A stretch of DNA of 64,000 nucleotides from an uncultured Mucilaginibacter sp. Its GTDB lineage: Bacteria > Bacteroidota > Bacteroidia > Sphingobacteriales > Sphingobacteriaceae. Location of the stretch: positions 26,342 to 90,341 of the forward strand of contig CAJYJH010000078.1 of NCBI GenBank assembly GCA_913775265.1, written 5' to 3'. The position numbers were made by a program, and so were the translations under genes. The notes beneath the pieces were generated by a model. The model worked only from the letters and a program-made list of their open reading frames with translations, was not told the origin of the DNA and searched no databases. Positions within the stretch are counted from its first letter, which is position 1, and each line of letters opens with the position of its first letter. This document shows positions 18,387 through 27,801 of the stretch, piece by piece.

Positions 18387-19241
18387 TCATCCACCTTTGA
18401 AAAGCTTTTTAATTTTCTTAAAAATATCTTCTTTGCGTGGTTTAGGCTGCCCATCGTGCGTAAGCTGATTTTGATAATGGTTTAAAAGCTCATTGGCATA
18501 TTTCTGTTGCTCCGGCCCGGCTTGTTTCAGCTTTTCTATGTAAGGCAGTACATTATCCTGCAGCATGCTATTACCCGATATAGTAAAATATTCGCTTTGT
18601 TTAGCTTCCGGATGATTGTCGTTAATAGGTAGGTGCCCGTTTTCGGCAAAATAATCTACCTGGTAAATATCAGGGTTGAGTTTTTTTAGCCGCTTGGTAC
18701 CCTTGCGTTCGTTGCGCCAGGGGTGTTCGCCTTTGTATAGTTGGGCGATCAGATAATCCTTATCCCAAATGGTAACCTGATGCGACATTAAAAAGCCTGA
18801 CGCGATATTGTCGATTTTGGCAATATTAAAGCCTTCAATAAAGTTGCTGGTTGATTCGGTTCTGTAAACATCAGAGCTGGTTAGCTTCAACTGTTTCCAT
18901 TGCTGCTGATTAATTAAATCAAAAAGCTGGTTGAAAAAAGAACTGCTTACCGGGTGGGTAAGCCACATATCTTCTTGAAAATAGATAATGTATTGCTCTT
19001 TAATTACGTTTTGCAACAGGTAACGCAGCCGGTCGGCCCATTCGCCTTTACCCGATTGTATATTATTGAAGTTGGGCAAATCAACAGCTAATTCTTCAGT
19101 AGCAAAATAATAGTTGCAGCAGGTGTTAAAATCCCAATTTTGAGTAAAAAAATAATGAAACCCCGGGTACAAAAATTGATACCTATCGCAGGTGTGTACC
19201 AGTACGGCAAAGTTATGGGGTTGGGTTTGGCTGTAATTCAT
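18387..19241 (-). CDS. Hypothetical protein, possibly a GT-A-fold glycosyltransferase
   Basis: VLVHTCDRY...W...YYFATE...WADRL..LL...YIIYFQEDMWL...HQVTIWDKDYL...PWRNE resembles uncharacterised GTs from polysaccharide loci. Confidence 0.45.
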   Translation of the reverse strand: MNYSQTQPHNFAVLVHTCDRYQFLYPGFHYFFTQNWDFNTCCNYYFATEELAVDLPNFNNIQSGKGEWADRLRYLLQNVIKEQYIIYFQEDMWLTHPVSSSFFNQLFDLINQQQWKQLKLTSSDVYRTESTSNFIEGFNIAKIDNIASGFLMSHQVTIWDKDYLIAQLYKGEHPWRNERKGTKRLKKLNPDIYQVDYFAENGHLPINDNHPEAKQSEYFTISGNSMLQDNVLPYIEKLKQAGPEQQKYANELLNHYQNQLTHDGQPKPRKEDIFKKIKKLFKGG

Positions 19242-19304
19242 TTTATATTTGAACTTACATTAACTGCTGCATTTGCTGCAAACATAGTATAAACCCATAT
19301 AAAT

Positions 19305-19877
19305 ATGTCATCTCACCACATTGTTCGCGAAAAGCAGGAACCGGCACTATTAATTTTAAGTCTGGAAAACTTTGGTGATGAAGAGTTGGGGCAGTTGCTG
19401 GAATGGAGCCCAACATTGATAGCTACCCTGCCGGTTGCCGAACAGTTGGTGGTTTATGGCATTAAAGTCGATTGGATTATCGGAAATTCTGTAAGTAGCT
19501 TTAATCAATCAGATGTTAAATGGATAACGCTTAATGATAACCAGTCAGAACTTGAGGCTGGGCTTGATTACCTAGCAGCTCAAGGCTATCCGGCGGTAAA
19601 CATCATTACCGATCAATCAGCAACAGGCGTTTTTTCCGACTATATCCATCTAATCAACTTGGTTATCTTTCATCAGCAAAAAAAGATTTATGCCATTACA
19701 TCCGGCTTTAGTAAGTGGCGGCCAGCTGGCGAAATAGTGGAGGTATTGACTCTGGGTTATGAAATAAAAACGCAAAATCTGGAATTGATTGCACCGCAAC
19801 AATATCAAACCATTGCAGACGGCACAACTGTATTTACTTTCAATGGTCCGCGTATTTTTATCAGCGAAGCATATTAA
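19305..19877 (+). CDS. Thiamine pyrophosphokinase-like protein (Bacteroidetes type)
   Basis: MSSHHIVREKQEPALLI...LGQLLEWSP N-terminus is typical of this family; TATATTTG at 19244. Confidence 0.6.
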   Translation: MSSHHIVREKQEPALLILSLENFGDEELGQLLEWSPTLIATLPVAEQLVVYGIKVDWIIGNSVSSFNQSDVKWITLNDNQSELEAGLDYLAAQGYPAVNIITDQSATGVFSDYIHLINLVIFHQQKKIYAITSGFSKWRPAGEIVEVLTLGYEIKTQNLELIAPQQYQTIADGTTVFTFNGPRIFISEAY

Positions 19878-19886
19878 TGATCGCTA

Positions 19887-20639
19887 CTAAATATCAAACC
19901 GCTCGCGCAACATATCGCCGTTAGAGCGGCTCGAGGTAAGTTTACTGCCTGCGGTGTTATCCATCACAAACACTAAGGCGCCGTTAAAGCCTTTTCTGAT
20001 TTCTTTGATGTGCTCTGTATTGATAATGGTACTACGATGAATACGAATAAAAGCCTCCGGTAGCTTTTCTTCAAGGCCTGTAATAGTAAAATCGGTAAGA
20101 TGCTTGCGGCCATCAGTCGTATGCAAAAACACATATTTATCTTCGGCCTCGATGTAAACAATATCTGACAGTTTAATCAGTAAAATCTTGTCGCCAATCT
20201 TTACCGTTAGGGTTTTCAATTCTTTTTTAACGAACAACTGTTGCATCAAGGCTTCGAGCGGTAAGGCGGGAGCTGGTTGCTGCATGCCTTGCTGTAGTTT
20301 TTTTACTGTTTTTGCTAACCGTTCGGCTTCAATAGGTTTAAGTAAGTAATCTATCGAGTCTTCTTCAAAAGCCTTAATGGCGTATTGGTCGTAAGCCGTG
20401 GTAAACACTACTTTAGGCTGATGTTGCAAGCGGCTCAGCATTTCAAAGCCGTTAAGTACAGGCATTTCGATATCTAAAAATATCAATTCGGGTTTTAACG
20501 TATCAATCTGCTCTAATCCGTCGGCGCCGTTAATAGCTTCACCAATAATTTCAAATTCCTCAAAAGGCTTAAGCAATCGTTTTAGGCGCTGCCGGGCCAA
20601 TTGCTCGTCATCTATAATTAAGGTTGTCCAGGTTTTCAT
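19887..20639 (-). CDS. LytTR-family response regulator
   Basis: Receiver domain (IIDDE, FLDIEMP, FTTAYDQYA, DYLLKP); LytTR domain (YIEAEDKY, FIRIHRS.IIN). Confidence 0.95.
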   Translation of the reverse strand: MKTWTTLIIDDEQLARQRLKRLLKPFEEFEIIGEAINGADGLEQIDTLKPELIFLDIEMPVLNGFEMLSRLQHQPKVVFTTAYDQYAIKAFEEDSIDYLLKPIEAERLAKTVKKLQQGMQQPAPALPLEALMQQLFVKKELKTLTVKIGDKILLIKLSDIVYIEAEDKYVFLHTTDGRKHLTDFTITGLEEKLPEAFIRIHRSTIINTEHIKEIRKGFNGALVFVMDNTAGSKLTSSRSNGDMLRERFDI

Positions 20640-20701
20640 TAATGAATTGAATAATCAGAATTGGTTAGAATGTGTTTAGTGTAGTTGAGAGCAGGCATGC
20701 G

Positions 20702-21799
20702 TTAATGTAGCTCAAATTTTTTAGTCGGGTTTGAAGCTGCAGTTAGCGGCAGGCTGATCAATAAATGCTTTTGAGGGGCATTAATCAGTTGAATCTCGTA
20801 ATTATCACCATAAATCAAAGCCAGCTTATCATAGGTGCTTTGTAAGCCATAGCCTAATTCTAATTCTTGCGGAAAAGGGCGGCCATTGTCTGTAACTTCA
20901 ATAATCAACCGTTGCTGCTGTTGCCGTAAGGTAACGTTTAAAATGCCGTTTTGCGGCACATTGTTTAAACCGTGCTTCAGGGCGTTTTCAACCAGGGGCT
21001 GAATTAAAAAGCGGGGAACTAAATGATGGCTTAAATCATCATTTACCGTAGTGCTAAAGTTAATACGATCACCAAAGCGCACTTTTTCAATATCAAGATA
21101 AGTGTTTACAATCTCCATCTCATCACATATGCGTGCCATGTTTTGCTGCTGTGAGTTAATACTGTACCTAAATAGCTTCGACAATTTTAAAGTCATCTCT
21201 TCGGCTTTATCGGCATCATCATGTATTAGGCTGGCAATAGAGTTTAAAGAGTTATATAGAAAGTGAGGGTTAATCTTAGACTGGAGTGTTTGTAATTCGG
21301 CTTGAGTTTTTAATTGCTTAAGCTTGGCTACGTCCAGTTCTTTCTCTTTAAGTCTGGCCCGCATGTTAGCCTTTTGTGCCATATAAAAGTAGATGATCGT
21401 GCTTACAATAAGTACGATGACAAATGAAAATTTGTAATCACTAAAATGCTTTAATGGGGTGTAGCTTGTTTTAAATAGTAACGAAACTATCAGGTAAGAT
21501 AATTCTATACCGATAAGCATGCCCAATAGGTTGCATGCGTAATATACAATAACAAAATGCCATAGGTTTACTTTTCGGGGTTTAAGATAGCGCTGGTATA
21601 AAATAACGCTGTTAGTAATGCTCAACGTAATAATTATGCTGAACATGATGTTTAGCAGCAGATTTTTTATTGGCATGAACCGGTTGCTGGAAGCCGACTG
21701 CACAGCACAGATGCAAATGCCTACAATAACGCCAACAAGGCTATTGATCAGATTTATTCTGGCAATCGATCCGTTGTGATAATTTAATTCAGCCTTCAT
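20702..21799 (-). CDS. LytS-type sensor histidine kinase
   Basis: About four N-terminal TM segments; LQSKINPHFLYNSLN, EKVRFGDR, QPLVENALKHG, DNG, GYGL. Confidence 0.93.
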   Translation of the reverse strand: MKAELNYHNGSIARINLINSLVGVIVGICICAVQSASSNRFMPIKNLLLNIMFSIIITLSITNSVILYQRYLKPRKVNLWHFVIVYYACNLLGMLIGIELSYLIVSLLFKTSYTPLKHFSDYKFSFVIVLIVSTIIYFYMAQKANMRARLKEKELDVAKLKQLKTQAELQTLQSKINPHFLYNSLNSIASLIHDDADKAEEMTLKLSKLFRYSINSQQQNMARICDEMEIVNTYLDIEKVRFGDRINFSTTVNDDLSHHLVPRFLIQPLVENALKHGLNNVPQNGILNVTLRQQQQRLIIEVTDNGRPFPQELELGYGLQSTYDKLALIYGDNYEIQLINAPQKHLLISLPLTAASNPTKKFELH

Positions 21800-22110
21800 G
21801 TATTACAAAGATCATTAAAGATAAGCATTGCAAAAGTAAAAGCTGATAGGCGGTATAATTACCCTGACGGATGGATTGTAATAAAACTTCAAAAAAGTTA
21901 ATATATTTTTCATAAAATCTATTTTTTTACAAAATATATGACCTATAAAATGAATTATTTATTAGTTTATTTAAAATTTTCAGCAAAATATTACCTGATG
22001 CGATCTTAAAATGATTAATTTCTTGTAATAACTACTAAAATTTGATTGTTAATTTGTAAAATTCGAATAGTTTATCATAAATTGTTACCGATTAACTAAA
22101 CTATTAAAGA

Positions 22111-25100
22111 ATGAAACAAATTTTACGAGGACTTTTATGGGTTTTTGTACTCTTAAGCACTCAAGCTTATGCTCAAACCCGAACTGTTACTGGTACAGTT
22201 ACCAGTAAAGCCGATGGTCTGCCACTTCCAGGAGTAAGTGTGATGATTCAGGGCTTAAAATCCGGTACGCAAACCGGCCCCGATGGAGGGTATTCTATTA
22301 AAGTAGCACCGGGACAAGCGTTAGTATTTTCTTTTATCGGTTTTGATACGCAAACCATTACGCCGACCGGAGACCGGCAAAGCATCAGCCTATCTGGTGT
22401 AAGCAGCTCTTTAAACGAAGTGGTAGTTACAGGTTACGGCACACAAACCCGGAGAACGGCGGTTGGAAACGTGGCTAGTGTGAAAGGTACTACCATTTCG
22501 CAGCTACCGGTACAGTCTTTTGACCAGGCTTTAGCGGGTAGGGCAACCGGTGTGCAAATCACTATTCCGTCGGGTGTGGTAAATGCCCCTCCCGTATTCC
22601 GCATCCGGGGTACAAACTCAATCTCGCTTAGCTCGCAGCCTTTATTTGTAATTGATGGTCAAGTAGTTTTTTCGGGCGATGTGAGTTTGACATCATCAAC
22701 AGGTAATGCCCTGGCCAATATTAACCCTAATGATATTGAAAGTATTGAGGTTGCTAAAGACGCCGCATCAACCGCACTGTATGGTAGCCGCGCAGCCAAT
22801 GGTGTTGTTTATGTTACTACTAAAAAGGGTAAAGTTGGTAAACCAGTAATTAATTACAATGGCTGGGTTGGCATCACCAATATTTACAGGCAGCCCCAAA
22901 TGATGGATGCCTATCAGTATACAGATTATAAAAATCTGGCGATCGCTAATGCAAGGGCTATTCGTGCTAATTCCGTACCTGCATCTGCTGTAGTCATTAA
23001 CGGGGTGGCCCAACCTCAGCAATTCCGCCTGCAAACTGATGCTGATGGTAATGTTGTAAATACAAACTGGCAGGATATTGTATACCGCCAGGGCGTTTCG
23101 CAAAACCACAACGTTAATATTTCGGGAGCAAATGATAATACTAACTATTACGCATCATTTGGATATACTGATCAAAAAGGTATCTACCAAAGTAATGACT
23201 TTAAGCGTATTAATTCACTTTTTAATCTGGATAGTAAAATAAACCGTGTACTCACAGCAGGTGGTAAAGCATCGTTCTCTAACGAAAAGAACCTTGCTGC
23301 CGTAGCATCCGGTGCATTAAACGGTGAGGCATATAACACTGCAGGTTTAGGCCGTACGGCTATGGTTACAGCGCCAAATATTTCTCCATACAATGCTGAT
23401 GGTTCATATAACATAGGCCCAACCTATATAGGTCCGGGTGCCAACTATCTGGCAGGTAATCAAGCCGGGTTTTATAACCCTGTGCCTTTGTTTGATTTAA
23501 ATCGTCAGAACAACGAGGTAAATCACATGCAGGGTAACGTTTACCTGCAATTAAAGCCATTAAGCTGGATGACTTTCAGATCGGTGTATGGCATTGATTA
23601 CATTGATAGCGACAACGATATTTTTGGCAATCCTATACATGGAGATGCTGTAACTGCGGTTGGCTCGGCCACGGCTGCTTTCAGAAAGTTTACCCGCTGG
23701 ACCTGGACTAACACCGCTCAATTTGACTACACGTTTGCAAGCAAACACAGCGTAAGTTTATTAACTGGTCAAGAGCAGCAAACCAGTAATACCAGAGGCT
23801 ACGGTATTAACCGCCAAGGCTTAGCCGACCCTGCTTATGATGTGATACAAGCTGGTGGATACGCTACCAACGTGGCAAGCAATATGATTATTACAGGTAA
23901 CTACCTGTCATCCATTTTTGCAAGGTTAAACTACGCCTTCGACCAAAAATACATCATCAATGGTAACATACGCCAGGATAACTACTCGGCACTTGGCATC
24001 AAAAAGGGTACCTTTTACGGTGTAGGTGCAAAATGGGAAACAACAAGGGAGGGCTTTTGGAGCAGTGCTGGTTTAGATAAAGTGTTTAGCTCTTTTAGTG
24101 TTAGAGGTAGCTACGGTAAGGTAGGTAATGTTAGCGGTATAGGTGATTTCAGCTCTTTATCTACCTTTAGTTCAGGTGTATATTCAGGTTTGCCAACTTT
24201 GGTTTACAGCGGTACCGGCAACGCTAACTTGCGCTGGGAGACAAGTAAGAAAACTGATATTGGTTTAAACTTTGGTTTGTTTGGCGACCGGTTAACGGGT
24301 GAGGTTACTTATTACAAAAACGATATTGACGGATTGATACTGAATGTACCGCAGCCGCCGTCTGCAGGTTTCCCTACAAGTATTTCGCAAAATGCCGGTA
24401 CCATGTATAATCAGGGTGTTGAGTTTGCCATAGGCGGTGCCCCGGTACAAACCAAAAACTTTAGCTGGAACAGTAACTTTAACATCGCTTACAATAAAAA
24501 TAAAGTAACATCGCTGGCCAACGGGTTAACCGAAATTATTACCGCAACCGGAACTACCACTACCGGCGAAAACGTAAACAGAACAGTACCCGGATACTCG
24601 GTTGGTTATCTTTATGTAGTCCGCACTGGTGGCGTTGACCCGGCTACCGGAAGGCGTATATTTTATAATCAAGCCGGACGCGCAGTTACTTACCAGCATA
24701 TTGTGCCTACAGGTCAGTCAAACTGGACTTATTTAGACAATGGTGCAACTGCACCTGCCATTACACAATCTGCCGATGCGGTTATGTATCAAAACTCAGT
24801 ACCTAAGTGGGTTGGTGGTTTTGATAATACTTTCAGATATAAAGGTTTTGACTTAAATGTGTTATTAACTTACCAGTTAGGCTTTTATGTGTCTTATGGT
24901 TCTAACGCCACATTGCACGACCAGCGTTTCTGGAACAACACCACTGATGTGTTAGGCCACTGGAGCCAGCCTGGTGACGTTACCGATTTTGTTAAGCCTA
25001 TCTACGGCGACAACGTATCTTATGGTAATACCATTCCAAGCGATTTTAATGTTTTCAGAGGTGATTTTGTGAAGTTAAAAAATGTAACGCTGGGCTATAA

Positions 25101-25305
25101 TTTACCAAAAGCAATCGCAGCTAAACTTCGGGTTAACAATGCCCGACTTTATGTAAGCGGTCAAAATCTGGCTATTATGACAAAGTATCCGGGCCCGGAT
25201 CCAGAGGTTGCCTCTAACGGTACTTCTAATACCGGTCAGGGTTCTGACAGAAACGGCGGACCTAACGCCCGGACGTTTACTGTGGGTTTAAATTTCGGAT
25301 TTTAA
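22111..25305 (+). CDS. SusC/RagA TonB-dependent outer-membrane transporter
   Basis: CarboxypepD-like N-terminus, LNEVVVTGYG, INPNDIESIEV.KDA...LYGSRAANGVV..TTKKG, LRWETS, C-terminal GLNFGF. Confidence 0.96.
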   Translation: MKQILRGLLWVFVLLSTQAYAQTRTVTGTVTSKADGLPLPGVSVMIQGLKSGTQTGPDGGYSIKVAPGQALVFSFIGFDTQTITPTGDRQSISLSGVSSSLNEVVVTGYGTQTRRTAVGNVASVKGTTISQLPVQSFDQALAGRATGVQITIPSGVVNAPPVFRIRGTNSISLSSQPLFVIDGQVVFSGDVSLTSSTGNALANINPNDIESIEVAKDAASTALYGSRAANGVVYVTTKKGKVGKPVINYNGWVGITNIYRQPQMMDAYQYTDYKNLAIANARAIRANSVPASAVVINGVAQPQQFRLQTDADGNVVNTNWQDIVYRQGVSQNHNVNISGANDNTNYYASFGYTDQKGIYQSNDFKRINSLFNLDSKINRVLTAGGKASFSNEKNLAAVASGALNGEAYNTAGLGRTAMVTAPNISPYNADGSYNIGPTYIGPGANYLAGNQAGFYNPVPLFDLNRQNNEVNHMQGNVYLQLKPLSWMTFRSVYGIDYIDSDNDIFGNPIHGDAVTAVGSATAAFRKFTRWTWTNTAQFDYTFASKHSVSLLTGQEQQTSNTRGYGINRQGLADPAYDVIQAGGYATNVASNMIITGNYLSSIFARLNYAFDQKYIINGNIRQDNYSALGIKKGTFYGVGAKWETTREGFWSSAGLDKVFSSFSVRGSYGKVGNVSGIGDFSSLSTFSSGVYSGLPTLVYSGTGNANLRWETSKKTDIGLNFGLFGDRLTGEVTYYKNDIDGLILNVPQPPSAGFPTSISQNAGTMYNQGVEFAIGGAPVQTKNFSWNSNFNIAYNKNKVTSLANGLTEIITATGTTTTGENVNRTVPGYSVGYLYVVRTGGVDPATGRRIFYNQAGRAVTYQHIVPTGQSNWTYLDNGATAPAITQSADAVMYQNSVPKWVGGFDNTFRYKGFDLNVLLTYQLGFYVSYGSNATLHDQRFWNNTTDVLGHWSQPGDVTDFVKPIYGDNVSYGNTIPSDFNVFRGDFVKLKNVTLGYNLPKAIAAKLRVNNARLYVSGQNLAIMTKYPGPDPEVASNGTSNTGQGSDRNGGPNARTFTVGLNFGF

Positions 25306-25334
25306 GTGGGTGTTTATAATTAAGAATTAGTACA

Positions 25335-26804
25335 ATGAACAAAAGATATATTTATACAACATTACTGATCATCAGTGCATCTTGGTTCACTGCATGTCAG
25401 AAAGATAAGCTGAATGCTGTACCGCAGGATGTTACCGTGGCCGAAACAGCATTTAGTACCTCAGCACGTATACTGGCCGGTGTAAACGGATTGTATGCAA
25501 CAGTGCGGTCTGGAACTTTTTATGGAGGCCGTTTTCAGGTATACAATGATATAAGGGGAGAAGATTTTCAAATAGAAACCTCTAACTTGGTTACCGGCGC
25601 AGATGTTTACTCGCTCAATTTAGCTAATAGTGCTACTGCGGTAAAAGGTTTATGGTCACAGGCTTATTTTGCTATAAACCGTTGTAATGTTTTTCTTGAC
25701 GGTATGGCCGCAGGCGGCACTGCTGTAGTAGGCAATACCGCCACAGCTAACGGGTATATTGCTGAGGCAAGGTTTTTGAGAGCTTTATGTTATTATAGCT
25801 TATTACAGTTATACGCAAAGCCTTATGTTGATAACAATGGTAATAATCCTGGATTACCTTTACGGTTAACCGGCAATACTGATGCCGGCGACTATAGTTT
25901 AGCCCGTAGCACTGTAGCCCAGGTATATGACCAGATTATAGCAGATTTAAATTTTGCTGAAACTAATATATCTCCCAGCTATGCATCTGCCTCGTTAAAT
26001 ACAACACGTGCGCATAAAAATACCGTGATATCTTTAAAAACCAGAGTGTTTTTAAGTATGCAACGGTATGCCGATGTAGTAACCGAAGCAAATAAAATAG
26101 TTTCGAGCGCGGCTCCGTTTAAAGCATCTTCGGGTGTTATACATGATTTACAGGCCGATCCCAAAACAGTATTTACTACTTACACAACAACAGAGTCTAT
26201 CTTATCAATGCCGTTTGTAGCCGGAACAGAAGTGCCGGGCACGCAAAATCAACTGGGTTATTACTTTTATCAAAACGGAAGCACGCCAGGGGTAGGAGAG
26301 TATGCGGTTAACTCAAGCGCAGGCGGTATTTTAACAAATCCAATCTGGAAATCTACAGACAAAAGGCGTACAACATTGCTTTTTGTAAACGGAAACAAAA
26401 CCTGGGTGTCCAAATATCCCAAAGCCGGGCAATATGAAGATTATGCTCCGGTAATGCGCTGGCCCGAAGTGCTGTTAAATCTTGCCGAGGCACGCGCCAG
26501 GGTAGCCAGTGCCGCTTCAGCTCCTGATGCACAAGCGTTGGCATTATTAAACACAGTACACCAGCGCTCTGATGCTACCACAACCTTTGCGCCGGCAAAC
26601 AATGCCGATTTAATTAATTTAATATTAACCGAAAGGCGTATTGAATTTTTAGGTGAGGGCTTACGTAATATTGATTTGATGAGGCTAAGGCAAACAATAC
26701 CGGCAAAGCCGTCGGTATCTGCCAAGGCGCCTACGGAGCAAGGCTACATTTGGCCAATATCTTCGGATGAATTGTCGCTTAACAGGCTGATAACAGATAA
26801 TTAA
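25335..26804 (+). CDS. RagB/SusD family lipoprotein
   Basis: Lipobox FTAC; EARFLRA..YY.L, R..EVLLNLAEA, ERRIEFLGEG.R..DL.R, WPI. Confidence 0.94.
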   Translation: MNKRYIYTTLLIISASWFTACQKDKLNAVPQDVTVAETAFSTSARILAGVNGLYATVRSGTFYGGRFQVYNDIRGEDFQIETSNLVTGADVYSLNLANSATAVKGLWSQAYFAINRCNVFLDGMAAGGTAVVGNTATANGYIAEARFLRALCYYSLLQLYAKPYVDNNGNNPGLPLRLTGNTDAGDYSLARSTVAQVYDQIIADLNFAETNISPSYASASLNTTRAHKNTVISLKTRVFLSMQRYADVVTEANKIVSSAAPFKASSGVIHDLQADPKTVFTTYTTTESILSMPFVAGTEVPGTQNQLGYYFYQNGSTPGVGEYAVNSSAGGILTNPIWKSTDKRRTTLLFVNGNKTWVSKYPKAGQYEDYAPVMRWPEVLLNLAEARARVASAASAPDAQALALLNTVHQRSDATTTFAPANNADLINLILTERRIEFLGEGLRNIDLMRLRQTIPAKPSVSAKAPTEQGYIWPISSDELSLNRLITDN

Positions 26805-26825
26805 GCGATTACTAAACAGTTGCAA

Positions 26826-26860
26826 AAGAGGCCCGAAATTTATTTCGGGCCTCTTGCTTT
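26826..26860. terminator. Bidirectional terminator after susD
   Basis: AAGAGGCCCGAAAT / ATTTCGGGCCTCTT followed by a T-tract. Confidence 0.8.
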
Positions 26861-27760
26861 TTATATATATTTTAATTCAGATTTATCCGGGCCTACTTCA
26901 AGTTGCACCTCCTTGCCAAACACCATAGCCCAATTATCTGCCACGTGCCCGGCCGGGAAGTTGAAGCAAACAGGGTAATCATATTCCTCCACCAGAGCCT
27001 TAATAATTTCGTAAGCGGTTTGGCCAAACGGAATGTCGTTATCTTTGGTGTCAGTGAATCCGCCCACCATTAGTCCGGCCAGCTTGGCCAGTTTACCAGC
27101 GCGTTTCAGCATATACATCATTCGGTCAATGTTGTACAGATATTCGCCAACATCTTCAATAAACAAAATCTTGCCATCGTAGTCGTAATCAGACACCGAT
27201 CCGGCTATGGATTGTAAAATAGCCAGGTTACCGCCGATGAGCGTGCCGCTGGCCGACCCCATTCTGTTTAAAGGCTGCGCTGCTACGTTATAACTCACGG
27301 TTTCGCCAAATAACACCTGCCTCAGGGTTTCTACCGAAGCAGCCGTACCATCCGGAATATTAATAGGCATCTGCCCATGAATGGTGCACAAGTCAAAACT
27401 TTGAAATAAATGCGCGTGCAGCACAGTGATATCGCTAAAACCGATAATCCATTTCGGGTTAGTTTTTAATCGGTCAAAGTTAACCTTGTCCACCATACGC
27501 ACGGTACCGTAACCACCGCGGGCAGCAAAAACGGCTTTGATACTGTCATCGTTTATGTATTGCTCCAGGTCTTGAGCCCGTAATTGGTCGGTGCCAGCAA
27601 ACTGGTGATGTTCGGCATTTACGGTTTGGCCCAACACCACTTCTAAACCCCAGCTTTGCAGCAGGGCTACGGCATCATCCATAGGTTTGGGCAGCTTTTT
27701 GGCGGGGCACACAATAGCCACGCGGTCACCTTTTTGCAGATAGGGGGGAGTTATGCTCAT
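26861..27760 (-). CDS. LD-carboxypeptidase (peptidase S66)
   Basis: ARGGYG, GFSDIT (Ser), EDVGE (Glu), GH (His); start re-set to MSITPPYL at 27760. Confidence 0.92.
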   Translation of the reverse strand: MSITPPYLQKGDRVAIVCPAKKLPKPMDDAVALLQSWGLEVVLGQTVNAEHHQFAGTDQLRAQDLEQYINDDSIKAVFAARGGYGTVRMVDKVNFDRLKTNPKWIIGFSDITVLHAHLFQSFDLCTIHGQMPINIPDGTAASVETLRQVLFGETVSYNVAAQPLNRMGSASGTLIGGNLAILQSIAGSVSDYDYDGKILFIEDVGEYLYNIDRMMYMLKRAGKLAKLAGLMVGGFTDTKDNDIPFGQTAYEIIKALVEEYDYPVCFNFPAGHVADNWAMVFGKEVQLEVGPDKSELKYI

Positions 27761-27768
27761 AATTGAAT

Positions 27769-27776
27769 TATCTTTG
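27769..27776 (+). promoter_or_regulatory. -7 element for metG
   Basis: TATCTTTG about 25 bp upstream of the TTG at 27802. Confidence 0.55.
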
Positions 27777-27801
27777 CAAAATATAAAAACCGGATTACAT
27801 T

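Noticed and set aside
21800-22110. LytTR direct-repeat binding site
   Set aside because: No convincing pair of 9-10-bp direct repeats at ~21-bp spacing could be picked by eye.
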